A stretch of 34,936 bases of DNA from Candidatus Kaiserbacteria bacterium. Lineage in GTDB: Bacteria; Patescibacteriota; Minisyncoccia; Phycocordibacterales; UBA2100. Position 1 is the first letter of the stretch. Every line of letters starts with the position of its first letter. Of this stretch, positions 1 to 8,971 are shown piece after piece. The position numbers and the translations under genes were made by a program. The stretch lies in NCBI GenBank assembly GCA_016432285.1, contig CP066682.1, forward strand, positions 81,026 to 115,961, written 5' to 3'. The notes below the pieces were generated by a model. That model was given only the letters and a program-made list of their open reading frames with translations. It was not told the DNA's origin and did no database searches.

Positions 1-214
1 AGCGGTTCTCCAGAGGCTTGATCGCGATCGCGACTACATTTTCGCCGTTGCGGACTTTGACGAAGCAGTAATTTTCGAGCTGTGCGTTGGGCACGCACTC
101 GACCGTCGGGGCCGCTTCAACGGCTGCATCAACCGCCTCCTTGAGCGGGTCGGCCGATGCGGTGGACATTGAGAGCGCTGCAAAAACAACGCTCAACAGG
201 ATGATTTTCTTCAT
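1..214 (-). CDS. Small exported protein, N-terminal part (ORF runs off the left edge)
   Basis: The reverse strand from ATG (comp 212-214) reads MKKIILLSVVFAALSMSTASADPLKEAVDAAVEAAPTVECVPNAQLENYCFVKVRNGENVVAIAIKPLENR with no stop before the edge. The N-terminus looks like a signal peptide. AGGAGG (comp 221-226) lies 6 nt upstream of the ATG. Absent from the ORF track, presumably because it is edge-truncated. Confidence 0.5.
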   Translation of the reverse strand, partial: MKKIILLSVVFAALSMSTASADPLKEAVDAAVEAAPTVECVPNAQLENYCFVKVRNGENVVAIAIKPLENR

Positions 215-512
215 GATCTTCCTCCTGGAGAGGTTGCCCGCAACGCGCGGCGGGGTTCTCCTCGCAGAACGCAAACGTGTTCTATGAGGAGAACCTCGCA
301 AGTTTGAGGAGTATGAAAGAGCGGGGGCTTGTGGGCCCGGCCAAAAATCTTCTTACAGATTCTGGGCTGGAGCCGCAAGGGAGCGTGAATGGAGATGGAT
401 GTTCTTCTAATTATACCAAATATGGGGCATTTGTCAATACCCGCCTCGCCCTTCCTTATTGTACGCCCGAAAGGCTTGCTTTTCCGCTCCCGCGGGCCGG
501 CCCTGTCCGGGC

Positions 513-518
513 TATAAT
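513..518 (+). promoter_or_regulatory. -10-like TATAAT, 7 nt before ATG 526 (leaderless-type arrangement)
   Basis: TATAAT read directly at 513-518. There is no purine-rich SD between it and the ATG. Confidence 0.45.
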
Positions 519-525
519 TGAGGCG

Positions 526-885
526 ATGTTTCAGCACCTCGCCGACTTCGGCTACAAACGGACGCCCCTCGAAGCCGTCGGCTTTTATCTCGCCTACCTC
601 CTCCTCACGCTCGCGGGTGCGATGATCGTGGGAGTAACGCTCGCGCTCCTCTTTGGGAGCACGGTCGACCTCAACGGCTTCGCGATCGGCGCCGTCTTCT
701 CCGCCTTTGCGAGCGCGGTACTCTCATACCTCGTGCTCCGGGAGAAGCGGCTCCTGAAGCGCTTCTCGTCGTTCGTGTGGATTCTCGCCGCGGCCGGTTC
801 GGCGCTCCTCATCGGCGGCATCGTCGGGCTCCTCATCGTCGCGTACCTCACGACACTTCAACAAGCCGCGGGCGACGCAGTCTGA
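526..885 (+). CDS. Small integral membrane protein, function unknown
   Basis: The last 119 aa of track ORF 277..885 (MFQHLADFGYKRTPLEAVGFYLAYLLLTLAGAMIVGV...) are rich in hydrophobic helices. The preferred start, ATG 526, follows a -10-like box. The stop overlaps the ruvC start region (TGATATG). Confidence 0.5.
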   Translation: MFQHLADFGYKRTPLEAVGFYLAYLLLTLAGAMIVGVTLALLFGSTVDLNGFAIGAVFSAFASAVLSYLVLREKRLLKRFSSFVWILAAAGSALLIGGIVGLLIVAYLTTLQQAAGDAV

Positions 886-886
886 T

Positions 887-1360
887 ATGCGCGTACTCGC
901 GATCGATCCTGGATACGGCCGCTGCGGCGTCGCTGTTGTCGAAAAAATCGATGGAAAGGAAAAGTTGATTTACTCCGACTGCATCGAAACGTCCGCCGAC
1001 TCCGATTTTCCAGAGCGGCTCGCGCGCGTGGCGCGCGAGTGCGGCGAGCTTCTCACAAAGCACGGCGCGCAGTCGGTGGCGCTCGAAAAGCTGTATATGA
1101 CGAAAAACCAGAAGACAGCGATGCGCGTGGCAGAGGTGCGCGGCGCTCTCATCAACGTCGCGGCCACGCTCGGCGTGCCGGTCTTTGAGTACACGCCCGG
1201 GGAAGTGAAAAGCGCGGCCGCCGGGTGGGGCGCCGCCGACAAAGAGCAGGTGGCTCGCATGCTCCATGCGCTCATGAAGATCGAAAAGAAAATCAAATAC
1301 GACGATGAGTACGACGCGATCGCCATCGGCGTAACGCACTTGGCTCGCAACGGACGATAG
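887..1360 (+). CDS. ruvC: Crossover junction endodeoxyribonuclease RuvC
   Basis: N-terminus MRVLAIDPGYGRCGVAVVE (RNase H-fold catalytic Asp), size 157 aa, and C-terminal DDEYDAIAIGVTH acidic motif, all typical of RuvC. Confidence 0.85.
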   Translation: MRVLAIDPGYGRCGVAVVEKIDGKEKLIYSDCIETSADSDFPERLARVARECGELLTKHGAQSVALEKLYMTKNQKTAMRVAEVRGALINVAATLGVPVFEYTPGEVKSAAAGWGAADKEQVARMLHALMKIEKKIKYDDEYDAIAIGVTHLARNGR

Positions 1361-1380
1361 CCGCAAGCCTCGGAAAAAGC

Positions 1381-1386
1381 TACAAT
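1381..1386 (+). promoter_or_regulatory. -10-like TACAAT overlapping the track start ATG 1385; 7 nt before in-frame ATG 1394
   Basis: Read directly. This suggests the real PBP start is ATG 1394 (MWRKLKRLW...). Confidence 0.4.
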
Positions 1387-3784
1387 GGCGCAAATGTGGC
1401 GTAAGCTGAAACGGTTGTGGCGCAAGATGCCGCTGTGGGCGGAGATGTCGATCCTGACGCTCGCGGCGATCGTCTTTATCGGACTCGGAAGCGCGATCGT
1501 GTGGGCCACGGTGGTGCCGATCCCCTCGATCAACAACTTCGAGAACCGCAAGGTCGCCGAATCCACCAAGATCTACGACCGTACCGGCAACATCGTGCTC
1601 TACGATGTGCACGGCACGATGCGCCGCACTGCGGTGCCGCTCGACCAGATCTCCCCCTACGTACAGAAGGCGACGATCGCCATCGAAGACGCCACCTTCT
1701 ACGAGCACAAGGGCTTCCGCCCGCTCGCCTTCGTGCGCGCGGTGATCGCCAACCTCACGACCGGCTCCTTTAGCCAGGGCGGCTCGACGATCACGCAGCA
1801 GGTGGTGAAAAACGCGCTGCTCACCCAGGACAAAACGATCGTCCGCAAGCTGAAAGAGATCATTCTCGCGCTCCGCCTCGAGCGCGTGTACGACAAGGAT
1901 CAGATTTTGAATACCTACCTCAACGAAAACCCGTACGGCGGCACCGTGTACGGTGTCGAGGAAGCAAGCCAGTACTTTTTCGGCGTCAGCGCCAAAGACG
2001 TGGACCTCGCGCAAGCGGCATACCTTGCGGCGCTGCCGCAGGCTCCCACGTACTACTCGCCGTACGGCAACCATCGCGACGATCTCGACACACGGCAGAA
2101 GTACGTCTTGAAGAGAATGCTCGACCTTGGGATGATCACGCAGGAAGAGCACGACAATGCGGCAGCCGAAGCAATCACCTTCCGCGATCGAGCGGAAGCG
2201 GGCATCAAGGCACCGCACTTCGTTTTTTACATCCGCGAATACCTGGAGCAAAAGTATGGCGTCGACGCGGTCAACCAAGACGGCCTCAAGGTGGTAACGA
2301 CACTCGACTACGATCTTCAGAAAGAGGCGGAGCGCATTGTGGCGGAAGACGCGCCCGGCATGGAGGCGAACTTCAACGCCTCCAACATGGGCGTCGTGGC
2401 GATCGAGCCGAAGAGCGGCCAGGTGCTCACCATGGTGGGCTCGCGCGGCTATTTCGACGAGACGATCGACGGCAAGGTCAACGTGGCCACCTCGTACCAG
2501 CAGCCGGGCTCCTCTTTTAAGCCGATCGTGTACGCGACCGCGCTCGAGAAGGGGTACACGCCGGAGACGGTCGTCTTCGACACGCGCACGCAATTCTCCA
2601 CCGCGTGCCCGGTGCAGGATATCTTCAACAGCACGCCGCCGTGCTACAGCCCCGTGAGCTTCGACGACAAGTACCGCGGGCCTGTTACCTTCCGCTCGGC
2701 GCTCGCGCAATCCCTCAACATCCCGGCCGTGAAGGCGCTCTACCTCGTCGGGATCGACGCTGCGATCAACACGGCACAGCGGCTCGGCATCACCACACTC
2801 GGAGAAGCGGGGCGCTATGGGCTCTCGCTCGTCTTGGGTGGCGGCGACATCACACTCCTGGAGCTCACCGGCGCCTACGCGGTTTTCGCCAACGACGGCG
2901 TGCAGAGCCCGACGACCGCGATCCTCCGTGTGGAGGACAAGAATGGCAAAATACTCGAAAGCTACGAAGACCGGAGCAACCGCGTGCTCGACCAGCAAGT
3001 GGCGCGACAAATCAACGACATCCTCTCCGACAACGTCGCGCGCACTCCGGAGTTTGGCGCCAACTCGCCCCTCTACTTCCCCGGCTACAACGTGGCGGCC
3101 AAAACAGGCACCACCAACGACTACTGGGACGTGTGGATCCTCGGCTACACGCCGGGCGTCTCGGTGGGCGCATGGGCCGGTAACAACGACAACACGCCTA
3201 TGGTGAAGCAGATCGCGGCCTTCATCATCTCGCCCACGTGGCACAAGATCATGCAGTACGCACTCGAGCGCTATCCTTCGGAGGATTTCTCGCCGCCCGC
3301 ACCGGAAACGGACTCGCTGCCGCCGGTCCTGCGCGGAGAATCGAACACAGACCCTTCGCAGGGAATCCACGAGATCCTCTACTGGATCGACAAAGACAAC
3401 CCGCGCGGCGGACGACCCGCAAATCCGTACGCCGATTCGCAATTTACACGCTGGGATTACCCGGTCTCCTCGTGGGGTTTCGGATCGAGTACGGTTTCGG
3501 GCCTTCCACAACTCGGCGTATCGAATGGATTCATGATCACATCACCGCAAAACGGGTCGTTCGTTTCCGCGCTCGCTCCTCTTACGATCACCGCCGCGCA
3601 CCCGAATCCGGCGTCGGTTTCCCGCGTGGCGTACTACCTCAACGGCGTCTACCTCGGCGCTTCGGTATCGCCGCCCTACGCCATATCAGCATCATTGCAA
3701 GCCCGCGGGCCGGCGCAGCTCCGAGCCGTCGCCGACACAGCGGGAGGCCTTCAAGAAACGACTATTTCGATCACGGTTCAATAG
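1385..3784 (+). CDS. ponA: Class A penicillin-binding protein (glycosyltransferase GT51 + transpeptidase); the true start is possibly ATG 1394
   Basis: N-terminal TM anchor. GT51 motifs IAIEDATFYEHKGF and GGSTITQQVVKN. Transpeptidase motifs SSFKP (SxxK) and KTGTT. Confidence 0.9.
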   Translation: MAQMWRKLKRLWRKMPLWAEMSILTLAAIVFIGLGSAIVWATVVPIPSINNFENRKVAESTKIYDRTGNIVLYDVHGTMRRTAVPLDQISPYVQKATIAIEDATFYEHKGFRPLAFVRAVIANLTTGSFSQGGSTITQQVVKNALLTQDKTIVRKLKEIILALRLERVYDKDQILNTYLNENPYGGTVYGVEEASQYFFGVSAKDVDLAQAAYLAALPQAPTYYSPYGNHRDDLDTRQKYVLKRMLDLGMITQEEHDNAAAEAITFRDRAEAGIKAPHFVFYIREYLEQKYGVDAVNQDGLKVVTTLDYDLQKEAERIVAEDAPGMEANFNASNMGVVAIEPKSGQVLTMVGSRGYFDETIDGKVNVATSYQQPGSSFKPIVYATALEKGYTPETVVFDTRTQFSTACPVQDIFNSTPPCYSPVSFDDKYRGPVTFRSALAQSLNIPAVKALYLVGIDAAINTAQRLGITTLGEAGRYGLSLVLGGGDITLLELTGAYAVFANDGVQSPTTAILRVEDKNGKILESYEDRSNRVLDQQVARQINDILSDNVARTPEFGANSPLYFPGYNVAAKTGTTNDYWDVWILGYTPGVSVGAWAGNNDNTPMVKQIAAFIISPTWHKIMQYALERYPSEDFSPPAPETDSLPPVLRGESNTDPSQGIHEILYWIDKDNPRGGRPANPYADSQFTRWDYPVSSWGFGSSTVSGLPQLGVSNGFMITSPQNGSFVSALAPLTITAAHPNPASVSRVAYYLNGVYLGASVSPPYAISASLQARGPAQLRAVADTAGGLQETTISITVQ

Positions 3785-3786
3785 CG

Positions 3787-4878
3787 CTAACGATTGAGGG
3801 GCATCACGAGGTACGTAAACGAAGCATCCGAGACGCCGCGCAAGACGAGCGGTTTACCGGCACCGGAAAAGCCGAGGACGACGGAATCCGACTCGATGGA
3901 GGTGAGGCAATCCCCGAGATAGCCGATGTGAAAGTTGATATCGAGATCTTCACCCGAGAGCGCGGCGTCGATAGAATCGGACATCTCGCCCACATCCGCG
4001 CTTCGTGCGGTCGCGGTGAAAATCTTCCGCTTCGGATACACATGGAAGCCGACGTGCTGATCGTTGCCTGAAAAGACGCGTGCTTTTTTGAGCATTTCGG
4101 CCAGATCGTTTTTTAAAACGGTCGCTTCGCTCGAAAATTTCTTCGGAAGAATTTCTTTGTAGTTCGGGAACGTGCCGTCGACGACACGCGACACGAAGCG
4201 CACACCATCGGCGGTAACCGTGAGCTGCGAATCATCGGCCGCAAGCTCAATCTCCGCTGCGCCTACTTTCTCCAATACGTGCGAGAGCTCCTGCGCGTGC
4301 TTCAGAGGGATCAACACCTCCGGACCGCGAGACCCACGGAGGGGGATTTTCTTTTCCGCGAGACGGAAGGAATCTGTGGCCACCGAGAGGAGCGCATCCT
4401 CCTGAAGCGCCACGTACACGCTCCCCAATTCAGGCCGGATCATAGAAGGCGACGCAGCATACGAAACCGCCTCTATACCGCGCAATACCTTCTCCCGCTC
4501 GATGAGGATCCCTTTCACCTCACTTCCCGAGAGGACGGGAAACTCTTCATGGGGCACTGCCTTGATCAAGGTACGCGTACCGCGTGATTCGATCACCACA
4601 TTTCCCTCCTCTGTTTTCACAACCACCTTATCCCCACTCATCGATCGCAGTGTCTGCGAGAGCACCGACGCGGGAACGGCAGCAACACCCTTTTCCTCAA
4701 CCTCGCAGGGGACCCGCACCTCAATCCCCGCCTCAAGATTCGTCGCCCGCACCAAGAGATCCCTTCCCACATCGAGCAAGACACACGAAAGTACCGGAAG
4801 CGACTCTTTCTTGCCGGTGATACGCTCCGCGATCAGAATCGCTTCAAGAATTTTTTGCTTGGTGGTCGTGAGGCGCAT
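3787..4878 (-). CDS. dnaN: DNA polymerase III beta sliding clamp
   Basis: 363 aa, located directly downstream of dnaA. The N-terminus MRLTTTKQKILEAILIAERITGKKESLPVLSCVLL and three-domain length are typical of DnaN. Confidence 0.9.
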   Translation of the reverse strand: MRLTTTKQKILEAILIAERITGKKESLPVLSCVLLDVGRDLLVRATNLEAGIEVRVPCEVEEKGVAAVPASVLSQTLRSMSGDKVVVKTEEGNVVIESRGTRTLIKAVPHEEFPVLSGSEVKGILIEREKVLRGIEAVSYAASPSMIRPELGSVYVALQEDALLSVATDSFRLAEKKIPLRGSRGPEVLIPLKHAQELSHVLEKVGAAEIELAADDSQLTVTADGVRFVSRVVDGTFPNYKEILPKKFSSEATVLKNDLAEMLKKARVFSGNDQHVGFHVYPKRKIFTATARSADVGEMSDSIDAALSGEDLDINFHIGYLGDCLTSIESDSVVLGFSGAGKPLVLRGVSDASFTYLVMPLNR

Positions 4879-5097
4879 AGGAATACTTTTAGATATAAAA
4901 ACTATTATTACTACTAGTGGTGTGGAAAGTGGGTAGAGCCGGTTTTTTCCTTATTCTGCGCGACAGAAGCGGAATGGGACATGGTGAGATCTCGGGGATA
5001 AGCGACGAGAATCGCTGGGGATTTCGTCGCCGTGGAAAAAAATTCCGTACTCAACACCACTCTCCCCTCCACTGTCCCCATCGTTATCCGGCGGCTG
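4879..5097. other. Candidate oriC segment (dnaA-dnaN intergenic): AT-rich unwinding-type stretch plus degenerate DnaA-box-like 9-mers
   Basis: Positions 4882-4917 contain only about 5 G/C in 36 nt, in a genome of >60% GC. Box-like 9-mers: TGTGGAAAG 4921-4929, CGGGGATAA 4993-5001 and CGTGGAAAA 5031-5039 (each 7/9 to TGTGGATAA), and TTATCCGGC 5084-5092 (6/9). Confidence 0.35.
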
Positions 5098-6444
5098 TTA
5101 GGCATGGATGAGCGTGCGGATGTGATCGAGCTCTTGTTCGAGTGAGGTGTTGGTCTTGATCTCCTCTTTAATCTTCTCGCACGAGTGGATGACGGTTGTA
5201 TGGTCGCGCCCGCCGAGCTTTTCGCCAATCGACGGGTACGAAACATTGAACTCCTCACGGAGGATGTACATGATGATCTGGCGCGGCTTCACCACCTCCT
5301 TTTTGCGGGTCTTCTCGTAGATGCTCTTTTCTGCGATTTCGTAGTACTGGGCGATACGGCGCACCACTTCGTCGACCGAAACGCCCCTGTTTGGCTTCAC
5401 ATTGTGCTTGATGAGGGAGCGCACATCGGCGTGGGTGATACCCTTGCCCTTCAGCTGCGACTTGCAGACGATCATGTTGAGAATCCCCTCGAGCTCGCGG
5501 ATGTTGCCGCGCACATTTTCCGCGATGTACTGGATGATGTCTTCCGGGAGCGAGAAGCCGTGACTCTCAATCTTCGCTTTGATGATCGCGAGGCGCGATT
5601 CCACGTCCGGCTCCGGGATCTCGGCGATCACACCGCCCTGGAAGCGGCCCTTCAAGCGATCTTCAAAGCCCGGCAGGAGCGCCGGGTGCTTGTCCGAGGA
5701 AAACACGATCTGTTTGTTGTTGTCGCGAAGCGCATTGAAGAGGTGAAAGAGCTCCTCCTGCGTCTTTTCGGTATTCGCGATGAACTGCACGTCATCCATG
5801 ATCAAGACGTCGTACTGGCGGTACTGATCTTTGAAGTTGTTGGCGTGTCCCGCACGCACGGCGTTGATGTAATCGACGGCAAACCGCTCGCTCGTCACGT
5901 ACAGTATCTTTTTGTTGTTGTGCGTTTTTTTGAAATGGTTGCCGACCGCTTGGATGAGGTGTGTTTTCCCGCGTCCGGTCGAGCCGTAGATGAAAAGCGG
6001 ATTGTACGCGAGCCCCGGCCGGTCGAGCACGGCTTTCGCCGCGGCGTGCGCGAGCTGGTTGAAGGGGCCGACGACGAAGGTTTCGAAGGTGTAGCGGGGG
6101 TTCAGGTTGTCGCGTTTGTCGATGTACAGCGCGTCGAGATCGAGCGAGGCGTTCTCCTGGCGCTCGGGGCGTGCCGGCTTTCGCTCCGTGGTGGGTGCGG
6201 AGCGGTGCACGACGTACTCGACGGTACGGATCGAGGGGTCGAGGCCGCGGAGGGCCTTCAGGATGAGCTTGTGGTGCTTATCCATGAGCCACTCTTTGAC
6301 GATTTTTGAGGGTACGGCGAGCTGAACGGTGCCGCCGTCGCGGCTTGCGATGTCTGTGTGTCGGAACCACGTGCGGAACGACGCTTCGGACGTGCCGAGT
6401 TCGATCTGCACGAGCGCGTTTTGCCACATTTCGCGATTCGTCAT
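5098..6444 (-). CDS. dnaA: Chromosomal replication initiator DnaA
   Basis: Walker A GSTGRGKTHL and Walker B VLIMDDVQF. C-terminal DNA-binding helix motif GGRDHTTVIHSCEKI. Sits in dnaA-dnaN synteny, divergent from rpmH. Confidence 0.95.
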   Translation of the reverse strand: MTNREMWQNALVQIELGTSEASFRTWFRHTDIASRDGGTVQLAVPSKIVKEWLMDKHHKLILKALRGLDPSIRTVEYVVHRSAPTTERKPARPERQENASLDLDALYIDKRDNLNPRYTFETFVVGPFNQLAHAAAKAVLDRPGLAYNPLFIYGSTGRGKTHLIQAVGNHFKKTHNNKKILYVTSERFAVDYINAVRAGHANNFKDQYRQYDVLIMDDVQFIANTEKTQEELFHLFNALRDNNKQIVFSSDKHPALLPGFEDRLKGRFQGGVIAEIPEPDVESRLAIIKAKIESHGFSLPEDIIQYIAENVRGNIRELEGILNMIVCKSQLKGKGITHADVRSLIKHNVKPNRGVSVDEVVRRIAQYYEIAEKSIYEKTRKKEVVKPRQIIMYILREEFNVSYPSIGEKLGGRDHTTVIHSCEKIKEEIKTNTSLEQELDHIRTLIHA

Positions 6445-6633
6445 AGAGCGAAATGGCTTGCAGTCGAGAAAAGGAAACGAGAGATCAGCATGCGCACCAT
6501 AGCTCGGACATTATACGCGCCGCTTTTTGTATGCAAAGGCCGAGCTTCACGAAGGGCGGTGTTCACAACCTGTGGAGAGCATGGGGAAAAGCCGGCAGCG
6601 CGAGCAGGGGTTTGTTTTGGAGCGGGTTTCTAG

Positions 6634-6639
6634 TATAGT
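6634..6639 (+). promoter_or_regulatory. -10-like TATAGT, 6 nt before the rpmH ATG 6646
   Basis: Read directly; no SD in the spacer GCCGAG. Confidence 0.45.
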
Positions 6640-6645
6640 GCCGAG

Positions 6646-6780
6646 ATGAGACGGACCTACCAGCCCAAAAAGCGCAAACGCGCGCGGACGCATGGCTTTC
6701 GAAAGCGAAGTTCCACGACGAGCGGTCGTGCGCTTTTGGTGCGCCGACGCCGCAAGGGCCGCGCGCGGCTCTCGAGCTGA
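6646..6780 (+). CDS. rpmH: 50S ribosomal protein L34
   Basis: Hand translation gives [44 protein letters not shown], the classic L34 sequence. Below the ORF-track length cutoff. The TGA overlaps the rnpA ATG by 1 nt. Confidence 0.9.
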   Translation: MRRTYQPKKRKRARTHGFRKRSSTTSGRALLVRRRRKGRARLSS

Positions 6781-7106
6781 TGCCCCGAGCATTGAGTGTG
6801 CGGCGAAAAGACTTCCTCGCCCTCAAGGGCGCTCGCGGCCGGCGGGCGCACGGTCGTTACTTTTCGGTGCTCTCCTCTTCTCTTTCCGGGGAAACCCGCT
6901 ACGCATGTGTCGTTAGCAAGAAAATTGCTGCGCGGGCGGTGGATCGCAATCGCGTGCGCCGTATCTGGCGCGAAGCGCTGCGCGCTCACCAGAAAAGCCC
7001 ACCTGCGGGGCTGGCGCTCGTGTTCCATGCAAAGAAGGAAGCGATCGGCACGAGTCTGACGGAGATCTCACGCGACATCGCCGCGCTGATCGAGCGGGTC
7101 TCTTAA
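6780..7106 (+). CDS. rnpA: Ribonuclease P protein component
   Basis: 108 aa, basic, with motif VVSKKIAARAVDRNRVRRIWREAL. In conserved rpmH-rnpA coupling. Confidence 0.8.
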   Translation: MPRALSVRRKDFLALKGARGRRAHGRYFSVLSSSLSGETRYACVVSKKIAARAVDRNRVRRIWREALRAHQKSPPAGLALVFHAKKEAIGTSLTEISRDIAALIERVS

Positions 7107-7138
7107 GGCGCGCGGTATACGAAACCCCGCATACGGTA

Positions 7139-7144
7139 TACAAT
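7139..7144 (+). promoter_or_regulatory. -10-like TACAAT, 8 nt before the yidC ATG 7153
   Basis: Read directly. Confidence 0.4.
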
Positions 7145-7152
7145 CCCCCGAT

Positions 7153-7872
7153 ATGATTTCCGCCATCTTCCATGCGCTGATCTACGATCCTCTCTACAAC
7201 GCACTCATTTTTCTCGTCGACGTGATTCCGACGCACGACGTGGGACTCGCCGTCATCGCGCTCACCATCGTGGTCCGCATCGCGCTTGCGCCGCTTTCGA
7301 AACGCGCATCCGAAGCGCAGCGCAAAATGAAAGCGATCGCGCCGCAGATGGAGGCGGTCAAGCAGAAATACAAGGACAATCGCGAAGAGCAAGGCAAGGC
7401 GATCTTCGCGCTCTACCGAGAAAACGGCGTGCACCCCTTCGCGAGTGTGCTCCTTCTGCTCCTCCAGCTCCCCATTCTGATCGCGCTCTACTGGGTTTTT
7501 GCGCTCGGCGGGCTTCCGTCGGTCGACACGGGGCTGCTCTACTCCTTTGTGGGCTCGCCGACGATCGTGAGTATGCAATTTCTCGGCTTTCTCGACATGT
7601 CGGGGCACAGCATCGTGCTCGGCGCCCTCGCGGCCGCGACGCAATTTCTTTACACGCGCCTTTCCATGGGGCCGCGCGAGAAAGCACCTGCGGGGGCGCC
7701 CGCCTCCTTTTCGGCGGACCTCTCGCGCAGCTTCGACTTACAGGCACGCTACGTACTCCCCGCGACCTTTATTCTGATTTCGTTCGTCGTTCCCAACGCC
7801 GCGATGCTCTACCTCGTGACGAGCAATACGTTTATGGTTTTGCAGGAACTTGTGTCGGGCCGTCGCTTCTAG
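7153..7872 (+). CDS. yidC: Membrane protein insertase YidC/Oxa1 (short, monoderm-type)
   Basis: 239 aa and multi-TM. The amphipathic segment QRKMKAIAPQMEAVKQKYKDNREEQGKAIFALYRENGVHPF is typical of YidC. Synteny after rnpA. Confidence 0.85.
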   Translation: MISAIFHALIYDPLYNALIFLVDVIPTHDVGLAVIALTIVVRIALAPLSKRASEAQRKMKAIAPQMEAVKQKYKDNREEQGKAIFALYRENGVHPFASVLLLLLQLPILIALYWVFALGGLPSVDTGLLYSFVGSPTIVSMQFLGFLDMSGHSIVLGALAAATQFLYTRLSMGPREKAPAGAPASFSADLSRSFDLQARYVLPATFILISFVVPNAAMLYLVTSNTFMVLQELVSGRRF

Positions 7873-7902
7873 CGACGCTTTACGCGCAGGTGCACTACGG
7901 GG

Positions 7903-7908
7903 TATAGT
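7903..7908 (+). promoter_or_regulatory. -10-like TATAGT, 6 nt before the jag ATG 7915
   Basis: Read directly. Confidence 0.4.
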
Positions 7909-7914
7909 GCCCCG

Positions 7915-8388
7915 ATGGAATCCTCCGAGGTCGTTCTCAAAAAATTGCTTGATGCGGCGGGCCTCCCGCACACTGGCATTGAGGTGAGCGAGCTCGCGGG
8001 GCAGACCGTTCTCTCGATTAAGGCAGATGACGCCCGTGCGCTCATCGGCTCGCACGGCGATACGATTCACGCGATCGATCACCTCGTGAAGAAAATCGTC
8101 GAAAAACAGCTGCCCCCGGCAGCGGAAGGGAGCGAGGAGACGCAGTCACCCCACTTTCTTGTCGACGTCAACGATTACCGCTCCAAACAAATCAAGGATT
8201 TGCAGAACAAGGCGCTCATGATGGCCGAGCGCGCGCGTAGCTTTCAGTACGACGTCGAGCTCTCCCCCATGAGCGCGTATGAGCGCCTCATCGTGCACAC
8301 GACCCTGCAAGACGCCCCCAATGTAAAAACGGAATCCCAAGGAGAGGGCCGCAATCGCCGCGTCGTCATCAAGTATTCAGCGGAGTGA
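7915..8388 (+). CDS. jag: Jag/KhpB-type RNA-binding protein (KH + R3H), lacking the Jag_N domain
   Basis: R3H-like SAYERLIVHTTLQD with GEGRNRRVVIKY at the C-terminus. Position after yidC. Confidence 0.75.
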   Translation: MESSEVVLKKLLDAAGLPHTGIEVSELAGQTVLSIKADDARALIGSHGDTIHAIDHLVKKIVEKQLPPAAEGSEETQSPHFLVDVNDYRSKQIKDLQNKALMMAERARSFQYDVELSPMSAYERLIVHTTLQDAPNVKTESQGEGRNRRVVIKYSAE

Positions 8389-8409
8389 GAATCGCAACAT
8401 GCAGGCGTC

Positions 8410-8970
8410 TCAGTAGGTAATGCCGCTGTTGATGTCTTGACCCGGAGTCGTTTCTTCGAGCGGCCCGCCGAAGGAACTCTCCGTGGGAGGCGTGGACGCG
8501 CTCTGCTGTTGCGTGGAGCCGGGCGCGGGGCGCAGGACGTCGATCCGAAGCTTCAAGATGTCGGGATTGATCTGGTTAAGAATGATCCAGATGCCAAGGA
8601 GGAGGAAGAGGCCCAGAAACGTCTCCCTGATATCTTCCCTCGCCTTCTCCTTTTTGCTCCAGAGATCGCTCGACATGTACAGGAATCCCGCCCACGCGAG
8701 CCGGAGCACGGCGAGAATCGCACCCGCGGCGATGGCGGCAAAAAAGAGCCTGTTGAGGAAGGTGCCCAAGTCGGAGGTATTGTAGAGATCGTTGAGCCGC
8801 GTCGTGTCCTTAAATTCCGCGAGCGGCACGAATCCGTACGGAGTCGCTTGGCCATAGTAGGTGCTGTCCACATCCGGGCTCGCCGCCGCCGCGGGCGTGG
8901 CCGTAAGCAGCAGCGCAAACGCGAGGGTGAGTCCGCAAAACACGAGCGAAGTGTGGAGCGTTTTTTTCAT
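8410..8970 (-). CDS. T4SS pilin-like (TrbC/VirB2-type) exported protein; last gene of the T4SS-like operon
   Basis: Preferred start ATG 8970 (MKKTLHTSLVFCGLTLAFALLLTATPAAAASP, a signal peptide), 1 nt after the upstream stop. The C-terminal half has two hydrophobic helices joined by a charged loop (FFAAIAAGAILAVLRLAWAGFLY...KKEKAREDIRETFLGLFLLLGIWIIL), which is the VirB2/TrbC-like topology. Confidence 0.5.
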   Translation of the reverse strand: MKKTLHTSLVFCGLTLAFALLLTATPAAAASPDVDSTYYGQATPYGFVPLAEFKDTTRLNDLYNTSDLGTFLNRLFFAAIAAGAILAVLRLAWAGFLYMSSDLWSKKEKAREDIRETFLGLFLLLGIWIILNQINPDILKLRIDVLRPAPGSTQQQSASTPPTESSFGGPLEETTPGQDINSGITY

Positions 8971-8971
8971 A

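Noticed and set aside
277-525. N-terminal extension of the 202-aa track ORF
   Set aside because: The extension crosses an AT-rich, non-coding-looking patch and a TATAAT box (513-518). The hydrophobic protein begins sensibly at ATG 526.
848-3511. 887-aa minus-strand ORF covering ruvC and the PBP gene
   Set aside because: It is antisense to two genes with strong motif support. Its composition is R/V/D/H/G-rich with no motifs. This is the typical stop-codon-poor shadow ORF of high-GC DNA.
5185-6309. 374-aa plus-strand ORF
   Set aside because: Antisense shadow of dnaA, whose call is secure.
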